DNA of 64,000 bases, from the IMG/VR virus record IMGVR_UViG_3300042893_000829; one strand, 5' to 3'. Source of the stretch: an uncultured virus (IMG/VR IMGVR_UViG_3300042893_000829) (lineage: Duplodnaviria; Heunggongvirae; Uroviricota; Caudoviricetes). Positions 19,307-28,290 of the stretch are shown in pieces; the stretch's first letter is position 1; each line of letters opens with the position of its first letter. The position numbers and the translations under genes are program-made. The notes below the pieces were generated by a model. It was not told where the DNA came from. It ran no database searches and saw nothing but the letters and a program-made list of their open reading frames with translations.

Positions 19307-20042
19307 TTTTTAATTTAAGAATTTTAGAATAATAATCAAACCAATATTTTTCTTGCCAAATTGTTCCTTCTTCTAAAAAGACCAATGGTTTGTTTTGCCA
19401 AGGTTTTTTTGCAATAAAATGTAATATTTTAATATATTTAGGTAAACCCGAATTTTTAAATATTTCTTTAGAATATGTTTTTAAATAATTGTATTCGATA
19501 GAAATTGGGGTGATAATATCACTAAAGTAGTGGTCAATAATATCTTGGTCTAAATGTTCTGTAATTCCATAAATTGTTGTTAAATGAATTAAATCATTTG
19601 TTATTTTTTCATTTAAAAATTCTTTACTAATTACCATTACCCCAGTGTTATATTGGTCAATATAAAGTTCTCTTACTGCACCAAAAGGTTTTTCATAATC
19701 AATCAAATAATCTATGTTACCTAATACAACAATGTCACAATCTAAAAATATAATCTTATCAAATTCCGTTAATGAAAAAATTTCATATTTTGTATAATCA
19801 CCAAACATTCTTTGTTGGTCTTTTAATTTTTCTATCTCAAAATATTTTTCAGTATCAAACTTTTTTATATGAATATTGTTGTATATTTTTCTTGAGGTAA
19901 TTAAATCTTCAGGGTTTAAATCGTTACTAATTATAACAAATGGAATATTTTCATTTACAACTCTTGGGTTGTTATCAATTAATGATTTTAACATTACTTC
20001 AAACCCGATTAGATAATCTTTATTACAAACACTTACAAACAT
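19299..20042 (-). CDS. GT8-family glycosyltransferase
   Basis: KIIFLDCDIVV (DxD), YNTGVMVI, DQDII and ILHFIAKKPW. Confidence 0.9.
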   Translation of the reverse strand: MFVSVCNKDYLIGFEVMLKSLIDNNPRVVNENIPFVIISNDLNPEDLITSRKIYNNIHIKKFDTEKYFEIEKLKDQQRMFGDYTKYEIFSLTEFDKIIFLDCDIVVLGNIDYLIDYEKPFGAVRELYIDQYNTGVMVISKEFLNEKITNDLIHLTTIYGITEHLDQDIIDHYFSDIITPISIEYNYLKTYSKEIFKNSGLPKYIKILHFIAKKPWQNKPLVFLEEGTIWQEKYWFDYYSKILKLKNG

Positions 20043-20082
20043 ATCTTAAATATAAAAAATCAAATGTAAAAGTGTATTAAAT

Positions 20083-20110
20083 AAAAAAACCCCTCTTTGT
20101 GGGAGGGGCT
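20083..20110 (-). terminator. Intrinsic terminator after the adhesin-like genes
   Basis: A-run followed by cccctc-tttgtgg-gagggg on the + strand, i.e. a hairpin plus U-tract on the - strand. Confidence 0.7.
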
Positions 20111-20137
20111 AATAATATTTTTAATTATTATATTATC

Positions 20138-21790
20138 CTAAGATGACCACCTTGCACGACATCTCCAATTAATTATTGTGGATGTATCACCTTCATCGTT
20201 ATTTTGAACACTAACAATTATAGTGTCGTCGGCATAAGTCAAAACACTTGTAACACTTGAAGGAAATGTTGACTGGTTTAGATTTATAGTAGGTCCGTCT
20301 GCTGACAATTCATACAATGAACCTGTATCTCCAGATAATAAATATCCAGATGTAAATTCTTGTGTTAATCCTGATAAATAATTGTTATCATAAGCATTAC
20401 ACCAAATTTTTACATTTGTTGTTCTAAATTCTTGTGGTGTGATAAGTATTTCTATAATGTTTGCACTAGTACCTCCAGTTATTGTAACATCTGCAGTGTT
20501 ATATCTAAAGTTGTTTAAATCTACGTAAGATCCAGAATCATTATTATTGGTATAAATATAAATCTGACCGTTATCAACACTAATTTGGGACTCATTATTG
20601 TCGTCAGATGATGTGAGTGTAATTCCGCCTGATCTTAAATTAAACAATGAATTTGACGTAACTCCAGATTTTGTAACACCCATATTAATTTCTCCAGAAA
20701 TAGATGTAAAATCATTTACCGATAATGAAGCAAACTCTAAATTAGATTTTATCAAGGTTCCGTTTGTCATAACAATATCACTACCAGTTTCATTACCAAT
20801 TGAAATTACTTCAGATAATGATGGTGTATTACCAGTAAAATCATTACCAACAATAACCAAACCATTTGAGTCAATGCCTAAACTATTAACTGAAGTGCCT
20901 GTTGATATATTTCCAATATTTAAATAAGGAACATAAACTGTGTCATCTGTTGTTCCTGTAATACCAGAACCACCAATAACCACAATTCTATCTCCCATAA
21001 TAACCGAATTATTTGATATCGCAAAAGAACAATCCCCAATTACGGTATTTGTATATCCCCCAGATACGGTTGACCCATATCCTGAAACGGTATTTCCATA
21101 TCCCCCAGCAATAACTGAATTATATTTTATTGCGGTGTTAAATGAACCACCCCCGATTGTTACACCATCTAAATAAGCTTTATTACAAATACCTCCAGAT
21201 ATTGTGGCGTAAGTCCCATAGTTTTGATTTCTTGTACCACCGGCAACCACAGAAAAGTTTGATACCGATGTGTTTGAGTTACCCCCACCAACAACAGAAG
21301 AACTTCCTAAGTTTGCATTATTACAACCACCACCAACAATTGAGAAGTCAGCAATAGATGTGTTGTTTAAACCACCTCCGATTATCCCATAAAGGGAATT
21401 AACCGTATTATTTTCCCCACCACCAACTACGGTACATTCACAAGTGGAAACGTTAAATGTTCCACCAGCAACAACCGATAAAGAATCAGATGCGGTATTA
21501 TTTTTACCACCACCAATAAATGAAAACTCACCATTGGCAACGTTTAATGAACCACCAAGAATCCCAGAACAAAATCCTGAAGATGTGTTTAAAAACCCTC
21601 CACCAACAACCGAGTTATAACAAGACGATGTGTTATTTTGTCCACCACCAACAAATGAATATTTTCCTGATGAGGTATTTTGATAACCACCTGTTACTGT
21701 CGCATATTGTCTAATTGCGGTGTTTTGATTATCACATCTTACTGTTGATGTTAGTCCACCAATAGGGTCGTTTATAATAACATATGCCAT
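20138..21790 (-). CDS. Adhesin/tail-fibre-like protein with 15-residue SxVxGGxxN beta-roll repeats
   Basis: About 16 repeats such as YSFVGGGQNNTSS. Its N-terminus (MAYVIINDPIGGLTSTVRC) is paralogous to that of 21855-25943. Confidence 0.75.
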   Translation of the reverse strand: MAYVIINDPIGGLTSTVRCDNQNTAIRQYATVTGGYQNTSSGKYSFVGGGQNNTSSCYNSVVGGGFLNTSSGFCSGILGGSLNVANGEFSFIGGGKNNTASDSLSVVAGGTFNVSTCECTVVGGGENNTVNSLYGIIGGGLNNTSIADFSIVGGGCNNANLGSSSVVGGGNSNTSVSNFSVVAGGTRNQNYGTYATISGGICNKAYLDGVTIGGGSFNTAIKYNSVIAGGYGNTVSGYGSTVSGGYTNTVIGDCSFAISNNSVIMGDRIVVIGGSGITGTTDDTVYVPYLNIGNISTGTSVNSLGIDSNGLVIVGNDFTGNTPSLSEVISIGNETGSDIVMTNGTLIKSNLEFASLSVNDFTSISGEINMGVTKSGVTSNSLFNLRSGGITLTSSDDNNESQISVDNGQIYIYTNNNDSGSYVDLNNFRYNTADVTITGGTSANIIEILITPQEFRTTNVKIWCNAYDNNYLSGLTQEFTSGYLLSGDTGSLYELSADGPTINLNQSTFPSSVTSVLTYADDTIIVSVQNNDEGDTSTIINWRCRARWSS

Positions 21791-21821
21791 TTTTATTTTT
21801 TTTTATTAATTTTTTATTTTT

Positions 21822-21853
21822 AAAAACCCCCAAGTTTCCCTGGGGGTTATTTT
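21822..21853. terminator. Intrinsic terminator
   Basis: aaaaacccccaa-gtttccc-tgggggttatttt hairpin between the two adhesin-like genes. Confidence 0.7.
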
Positions 21854-21854
21854 G

Positions 21855-24800
21855 TTAAAGAGATATTTTTAATGTACCACTATCATTCCATACGTATCCG
21901 GTTATCCCAGGATCAGTAGTTGGTAAACCATCCATTCTTACTTCAGTAGTCGGTTGTCCACCTCCACTTACAGTAAAGTTATTAACATATGTGTGATATG
22001 GTCTATCAGAAGTTATATTACAACCAACAATATGTGAGTGAATACAAGTCGCTTTGTTTGAACACCCTCCGATAATTGATGTGAAATCTCCTGCCGATGT
22101 GTTAAGAGTTCCTCCACCAACAGTTGCGTTTAAACCTACCGATGTGTTAGATAAACCTCCAGATACAGTACCGTTGGTTGACGATGATCTAACAACGTTA
22201 GATCTACCACCACCAATGTAACCATACTGACCACAAACTTTATTTCCACAACCACCAAATATACTACCAAAAGATGATGGAGATAATACCATATTATTAT
22301 AACCACCCCCAATTGACCCATAAAGACATGAGTTTGTGTTTAATCTACCTCCACTAATCACAGAACCACAAGCGGTTAATGTATTAATATTACAAGCACC
22401 ACCCCCAATTGTTGAATTCCATATTAAAGATTGGTTACTAAATCCACCAGCAACTACGGTTGAAACCCCTGATGAAATATTTAACATACCCCCACCAACT
22501 ACGGTTTGATAACATGATGATGTATTACTACAACCACCACCAATAAATGAGTAATATCCAGAACTTGTATTAGATCTACCTCCCGCAATTGTTGAATAAG
22601 GGGAAGCGGCATAGTTATTAAAACCACCTAAAATTGAAGATCCGTTAGAATATGAAGAGTTAGTACAACCTAACGCAATTGACGAATTTGCTGAAGCTAT
22701 GTTTGAGTTTCCAGCCCTTATTGAAGAACCTACTCCAGTACCCGCAACTATAACACCAGTTAATCCAGTAAATGTAATTCCACCAATAGAAACTGTTCCG
22801 TTTTGTCTTTCTAAGTTTAAGATACCAGTACTATTATCAAATGTACCTCCAGTTACATAATAATCATTATTTAAGAAACCAGTTGCGGTAACAACGTTTC
22901 CATTATTTAATGATAAATCTAAAGTTCCGTTAGAGTATGTTGCTCCAGTTACAAAATTATTTAATGTTTGGAATCCTAATACACTGATTGGGGCTTGTCC
23001 ATTATTTTGGAGTAATGTTAATTCTCCAGTTGACGCACTATAAGTAGCTCCGGTTAAGAATGTATCCGTACCACCTGTATAAAGTCCATTTATTGTAACA
23101 GAACCATTTTGTCTATCTAATGTTATTGAACCATTAGAATAAGTTCCACCAGTTACATAGTAATCTGTGAATCCTGTAATTGTTACTGTTGATCCGTCAG
23201 TATTTGTTAAAGTTAAATCTCCAGCAGCAAAAGTACCACCAGTTAAGAACACATCAGTGTATCCAGTTGTAAACCCTGACACATCAACTGTTTGTCCAGA
23301 TGTGTTTGTAAATGTTACAACACCTGTACTAGAATTATATGTACCTCCGGTTAAACCTAAGTCAGTTGCTAAAATCCCTAAACTTACCGTATAATCGTTA
23401 CCATCGTTAACGGATGCCGTTAATGTAAATCCACTAGTGTCAAATGTTAAACCAGTTAAGAAATAATCTGTTGTTGACGAACCAACAACAACATTACCTG
23501 AACCATCAACCGCTAAGTTTGAAACTGGAGTTGTTGCTCCTACTGTTTGAATATTTAAATATGGTACGTAAACAGTGTCGTTATTAGTTGATATAATATT
23601 TTGACCACCAACAACTGCACTTCTAGTTCCAACTGCGGTATTATTACAACCACCAAGTATCATTGAATATAAACCGGATGTTGTATTTAATCTACCCCCA
23701 CTAATCACTGACCCACAAGCGGTTGGTAATGTTGTGTTACACGCACCACCACCAATTGTTGAATTCCATATTGATGCTGCGTTACGGTAACCTCCACTTA
23801 CTGTTGTTGATACTCCAGAAGATGTATTACTGTAACCACCACCAATTGATGCGCTTACGCAAGTTGATTTATTATATCCACCACCACCAATTGATGAATA
23901 GCACCCTAGTGATATGTTATAAAGTCCACCACCAATTGATGACTGAGTCCCTAATGATGTATTATTCCATCCACCTCCAATTGAAGATTGAACCCCTAAT
24001 GATGTGTTAAAACACCCACCACCAACAGTAGCTTGATTATTACAAGTTTTATTACCCCAACCACCAACAATACTTGACATATAACCTTGTGTTTGGTTTG
24101 AATAACCTCCACCAACAAATGAATACGCACCAGTCGCAGAGTTAAAATAACCACCCGCAACTGTATCGGTAACGCTGTTTGCAAGGTTGGATACACCTCC
24201 ACCAACAGTAGCACCATACTGTGTTGCTACGTTATTATAACCACCAATTACTGTTGAATATTGTCCCGAAGCACTGTTATTATTATTTTTTCTAACTGTT
24301 GAGGATCCTCCTGTCCCCGCTATAATAACTGCGTCATCAATTCCAGAAATATTAACAGTACCGTTTTGTTGTTGTATTGTTATTGTTCCTGTTGATGGTG
24401 TGTAATATCCTCCAGTTACGTAAACATCTGTGTATCCAGTTAAGAAACCGGTAACATTAAATGTTCCTCCACTACTATTTGTAAATGTTGCGGTACCACT
24501 GTTAAGGTCATAAGTACCTCCAGTAATTGTCATATCTGAAGAAAGTATACCTAAATTAACCGTATCGGTAAATCCGTCATTTCTTTCTATTGTTAAATCA
24601 TAATTAAGAGTATCAAAAGTCATTCCGGTAACATAAATGTCCGTAAACCCTGTTGTAAACCCGGTTATTAAAACAGATTGTATTTGACTATCTAACGTTA
24701 AAGTTCCCGTATTGTTATCATATGTTCCTCCTGTAACATATGAATCTAATGCCGTAAATCCTGTGATTGTTACTGTTGAACCATCAGTATTTATTAAAGT

Positions 24801-25943
24801 TAAATCTCCAGCGGCAAAAGTTCCACCAGTTAAAAAAACATCTGTATATCCGGTTGTAAAACCTGATACGTCAACAGTTTGTCCAGAAGTATTAGTAAAT
24901 GTAACAACACCAGTATTAGGGTTGTAAGTACCTCCGGTTAAACCTAAGTCGGTTGCTAAAATACCTAAACTTACACTATAAGAATTACCATCGTTAACGG
25001 ATGCCGTTAATGTGAATCCACTATTATCAAAAGTTAAACCAGTTAAGAAATAATCTTGTAGTCCATTAATAATAACATTACTACCATCATTATTATCTAA
25101 TGTTAATGTTTGTGTATTATAATCTAACGTACCTCCGGTAACAAAAATATCTTGTGTTAAAAATCCTCCAGTTGTTAAACTAACTCCATTGTTGTTATCT
25201 AAAGTTAATAAACCAGTGTTAGTGTCAAAAGTAAAACCTGTTGCAAATACATCTTGAGTAATAAATCCTCCAGTTGTTAGATTAACACCATTGTTATTAT
25301 TCAAAGTTAATAAACCTGTGTTATTGTTAAAAGTAAGACCTGTTGCAAATACATCATTACCAACAACAACGTTTCCATTTAAATCTATTCCTAAATTATT
25401 TAGAGATGTTGTTGACCCGACAGTATCAACATTTAATTGTGGCACATATACTGTGTTTGATTGAGTACCAATAATATTACTACCACCAAGTACAACACTT
25501 CTAGTTCCAACTGCGGTATTATAAGAACCACCAACAACTGATGAATAATTACCAAGAGTTGTATTAAATTCACCATTACCTATAAATGAATCACACCCAA
25601 GACCGGTATTGTTATCTCCTCCTGTTACCGTAGAACCAGATCTAGAAACGTTATTATCACCACCAAGTACAATTGATTTTGTATCATTTGCGGTATTACA
25701 ATAACCACCAGCGATTACAGAATATCTACCTATTGCACTATTATAAGAACCACCACCAACGGTTGACCCATATCCGGTTGATTTATTATAAGCTCCTCCG
25801 GCGATTATAGAGTAAGTATTATTGGAAGTATTTCCTCTACCTCCACTTACCGTTGAATACACCGCAGCAGCTGAATTTCCTTGTGAACATCTAACGGTAG
25901 ATGTAGTTCCACCAGTTAAATCGTTAATTATTACAAAAGCCAT
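21855..25943 (-). CDS. Long adhesin/tail-fibre-like protein with alternating SxVxGGxxN beta-roll blocks and DxxVTGGTY...GxLTL shaft repeats
   Basis: 1362 aa with three GGxxN blocks and two blocks of roughly 33-aa TGGT repeats. Ends in GLPTTDPGITGYVWNDSGTLKISL. Confidence 0.8.
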   Translation of the reverse strand: MAFVIINDLTGGTTSTVRCSQGNSAAAVYSTVSGGRGNTSNNTYSIIAGGAYNKSTGYGSTVGGGSYNSAIGRYSVIAGGYCNTANDTKSIVLGGDNNVSRSGSTVTGGDNNTGLGCDSFIGNGEFNTTLGNYSSVVGGSYNTAVGTRSVVLGGSNIIGTQSNTVYVPQLNVDTVGSTTSLNNLGIDLNGNVVVGNDVFATGLTFNNNTGLLTLNNNNGVNLTTGGFITQDVFATGFTFDTNTGLLTLDNNNGVSLTTGGFLTQDIFVTGGTLDYNTQTLTLDNNDGSNVIINGLQDYFLTGLTFDNSGFTLTASVNDGNSYSVSLGILATDLGLTGGTYNPNTGVVTFTNTSGQTVDVSGFTTGYTDVFLTGGTFAAGDLTLINTDGSTVTITGFTALDSYVTGGTYDNNTGTLTLDSQIQSVLITGFTTGFTDIYVTGMTFDTLNYDLTIERNDGFTDTVNLGILSSDMTITGGTYDLNSGTATFTNSSGGTFNVTGFLTGYTDVYVTGGYYTPSTGTITIQQQNGTVNISGIDDAVIIAGTGGSSTVRKNNNNSASGQYSTVIGGYNNVATQYGATVGGGVSNLANSVTDTVAGGYFNSATGAYSFVGGGYSNQTQGYMSSIVGGWGNKTCNNQATVGGGCFNTSLGVQSSIGGGWNNTSLGTQSSIGGGLYNISLGCYSSIGGGGYNKSTCVSASIGGGYSNTSSGVSTTVSGGYRNAASIWNSTIGGGACNTTLPTACGSVISGGRLNTTSGLYSMILGGCNNTAVGTRSAVVGGQNIISTNNDTVYVPYLNIQTVGATTPVSNLAVDGSGNVVVGSSTTDYFLTGLTFDTSGFTLTASVNDGNDYTVSLGILATDLGLTGGTYNSSTGVVTFTNTSGQTVDVSGFTTGYTDVFLTGGTFAAGDLTLTNTDGSTVTITGFTDYYVTGGTYSNGSITLDRQNGSVTINGLYTGGTDTFLTGATYSASTGELTLLQNNGQAPISVLGFQTLNNFVTGATYSNGTLDLSLNNGNVVTATGFLNNDYYVTGGTFDNSTGILNLERQNGTVSIGGITFTGLTGVIVAGTGVGSSIRAGNSNIASANSSIALGCTNSSYSNGSSILGGFNNYAASPYSTIAGGRSNTSSGYYSFIGGGCSNTSSCYQTVVGGGMLNISSGVSTVVAGGFSNQSLIWNSTIGGGACNINTLTACGSVISGGRLNTNSCLYGSIGGGYNNMVLSPSSFGSIFGGCGNKVCGQYGYIGGGRSNVVRSSSTNGTVSGGLSNTSVGLNATVGGGTLNTSAGDFTSIIGGCSNKATCIHSHIVGCNITSDRPYHTYVNNFTVSGGGQPTTEVRMDGLPTTDPGITGYVWNDSGTLKISL
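23167..25056 (-). repeat. Intragenic duplication of about 300 bp (about 23167-23469 and 24754-25056)
   Basis: Both copies encode near-identical DYFLTGLTFD.SGFTLTASVNDG...LATDLGLTGGTY...GGTFAAGDLTL.NTDGSTVTITGFT. DNA differences are mostly synonymous. Confidence 0.9.
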
Positions 25944-26051
25944 TTTGTTTGTTTGTTTTTAATGTTTATTTAATTTCTTTTATTTGATAAATATCTCAAT
26001 AAAAGATAAATAAAGAATTAATCTAAAAAAAAACGAAAATTTTATATGTAA

Positions 26052-28238
26052 CTAAATTAAAAAACTTGTTGTGGTGGTTGTGGTATGTCCCCCAATAGTG
26101 TAAGTAAAATCATTTGGTTCACAAACTACTATATCACAATCAGGACAAAATGGGTTAAACATCCTAAATTTTTCCTTTAATAAATTAAAGTTGTGTCTTA
26201 TTTCTGAAGCATTTATTGGTTCAACATACATTCTAAATTGTGAAATACCACCTTCAAAAGTACCCCCAAATTCTTTTTCTAATAAAATATTTGTTGTTAA
26301 TCCGGATAATGATGTTCCGGACAAAATTGATGTTGGAAAACACTCTGGGTCTTGAATATAATTACTATAAGGAAGGGTACAAGAAGAAAATGTTAAATTT
26401 TCGTGAAGACCCTGAGTTCCCCCTCCCCAAGATATATTAAAAGGAACCCCTAATTGTTTTTCTTTATCGGTATTTAAAGCTCTTGGTATCACTTCCTCAA
26501 AGTCCTCAATTGTATAATGTAGTTTACCGTTAACATATATTTTTAATCTACCATCCCTAAATTTTTTATCTTCAATCCAACTATAATTAAGGTTAACAAT
26601 ATCAACACTTAATTCTATTTTTAACCCATTAGTATAAGGAGGTTTAATTAGTTCAACGGAATTGTTTGCCAAACTTTCTAAAGGTTCTGTTTTTGTAATA
26701 TTACCTAACCCACCTCTGTACCATAAGTCACAATTGTCCAAATATGAATATCTTTCCCATACAACATCAAGTAAAAACCAATGTTCTAAATTTAAAAATT
26801 CTGGATTAATATTTTCACAATAAGAGTATATTGGAGGAGTACACCATTCTTGTATTGTATAACCTGTAACAAATGTTTGACCTGTTATTGTGGTTCCTGT
26901 TGTAATACAATCTCCGGTAAACTTAAGAACTTTAATTCCAATACCAGGATTTTTAGGGTCTCCACATAATTTAAATGAAATATTATTTGACATAGAATCA
27001 TATAAAGGGTCTTTCTCACAAGTATCCTCAATTGAAGTGTAACCTGTTGGGGTGCAATCCAAACAATCCAAACAAGTATCGCAAACAGCACAACTTGGAG
27101 TACAAACCGGAACAATGTGATCACAAGTTGGTATTGGACTTGGTGTAGGTGTTGGTGTAGGTGTTGGGGGTATTATTGTTACACAAGGGTGATTAAAACA
27201 TTCCCACCCACAAGTTAAACAAGCGGAGTCTCCACATCCACACCCACAAGTTAATTTTTTTTCAGTTAACCCACCACATTTGTCACAACCATAATTTAAA
27301 TGAGGGTCATATTGACCATTTATAGATCTTGGGGGATACACAAAAATACATCTACTATTTGTTATAGTTTCATTACAACAAGCGCAAGTTTGTAAACAAT
27401 TGGATAAAGGGGTGGTAACTCTAGTATAACCGGTAAAACAATTTGGTGTTCCATCGGCGTAATGATAAAACTTATTTTCCGCCCTAGTCCCCAAATAAAA
27501 AAAAGTATTTTTGTTTTCAGGATAAATTAAATTTAAAGTTGTTTCTCCAGTTGAGGGACCAAACTCATCGCAGAATCTTGGTTTTAAAACCATTTCAACA
27601 GACCAACCTTTATTTATTCTTTCCGGTAAAATTTCATAATCATAACCAAAAAGTTTATAAAATCCCTGATAGAACCCACCATACAATTCGTGGTATTTAC
27701 CTGCGGTTGGGTCTATCTTACTAACAACCTCATATAAGGTATAATTAGATATACCAGAAAATTTATTATATTCACCAGTATAACCAGTTACTTGTATTAA
27801 CTTTAACCTTCTATCAACGTGTAACCTATCAAATTTAACGGTGTCGTCAAATAAACCATTTGTAAAAAATAATTCTTCTCCAGACATTTTATTAACCAAA
27901 CCATTATCAATACCTGTTAACCCAATATCACAAACGGTTGATGCCGAATAATTACAAAAATTTTCTTTTTTTGGGTTATAATAATTTTGGGAAACAAATA
28001 TATTGTTTGGGTTAAAATTTTTATATGTTAATGTTAAATCCTGTGCGGTTAATGGGTTATCAATATCAAAGTATACCGGTAACTTATTACCATATGTTTC
28101 TGCAATTAAATATGGTGAAAATATAACCTCCTCATAATAATCCCTTTCATCTGAAGTTAGGGACATGTCCATACTATCAGAAATCATATTAAGATTATAT
28201 TTTTTATAAACGTATTGGTTAATATTTTGTTGTGCCAT
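26052..28238 (-). CDS. Virion-associated protein with Cys-rich segments, PT linker and LamG/concanavalin-like C-terminal elements
   Basis: CGCGC/CxxC-rich tract around IPPTPTPTPTPSP, then GRLKIYVNGK...FEGGISQFRMYVEPINASEI (LamG-like). Confidence 0.6.
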   Translation of the reverse strand: MAQQNINQYVYKKYNLNMISDSMDMSLTSDERDYYEEVIFSPYLIAETYGNKLPVYFDIDNPLTAQDLTLTYKNFNPNNIFVSQNYYNPKKENFCNYSASTVCDIGLTGIDNGLVNKMSGEELFFTNGLFDDTVKFDRLHVDRRLKLIQVTGYTGEYNKFSGISNYTLYEVVSKIDPTAGKYHELYGGFYQGFYKLFGYDYEILPERINKGWSVEMVLKPRFCDEFGPSTGETTLNLIYPENKNTFFYLGTRAENKFYHYADGTPNCFTGYTRVTTPLSNCLQTCACCNETITNSRCIFVYPPRSINGQYDPHLNYGCDKCGGLTEKKLTCGCGCGDSACLTCGWECFNHPCVTIIPPTPTPTPTPSPIPTCDHIVPVCTPSCAVCDTCLDCLDCTPTGYTSIEDTCEKDPLYDSMSNNISFKLCGDPKNPGIGIKVLKFTGDCITTGTTITGQTFVTGYTIQEWCTPPIYSYCENINPEFLNLEHWFLLDVVWERYSYLDNCDLWYRGGLGNITKTEPLESLANNSVELIKPPYTNGLKIELSVDIVNLNYSWIEDKKFRDGRLKIYVNGKLHYTIEDFEEVIPRALNTDKEKQLGVPFNISWGGGTQGLHENLTFSSCTLPYSNYIQDPECFPTSILSGTSLSGLTTNILLEKEFGGTFEGGISQFRMYVEPINASEIRHNFNLLKEKFRMFNPFCPDCDIVVCEPNDFTYTIGGHTTTTTTSFLI

Positions 28239-28248
28239 ACTTTTTATT

Positions 28249-28277
28249 TATAAATACAACAAATCAAAGTATTTATA
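28249..28277. promoter_or_regulatory. Back-to-back pair of GTATTTATA motifs (putative late promoters) between divergent genes
   Basis: tataaatac at 28249-28257 faces the start at 28238; gtatttata at 28269-28277 faces the start at 28291. Confidence 0.6.
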
Positions 28278-28290
28278 TGAAAAACTGTTT

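Noticed and set aside
23167..25056. Possible diversity-generating retroelement template/variable repeat pair
   Set aside because: Both copies are in-frame in one gene, mismatches are mostly synonymous rather than adenine-specific, and no reverse transcriptase is in the window.
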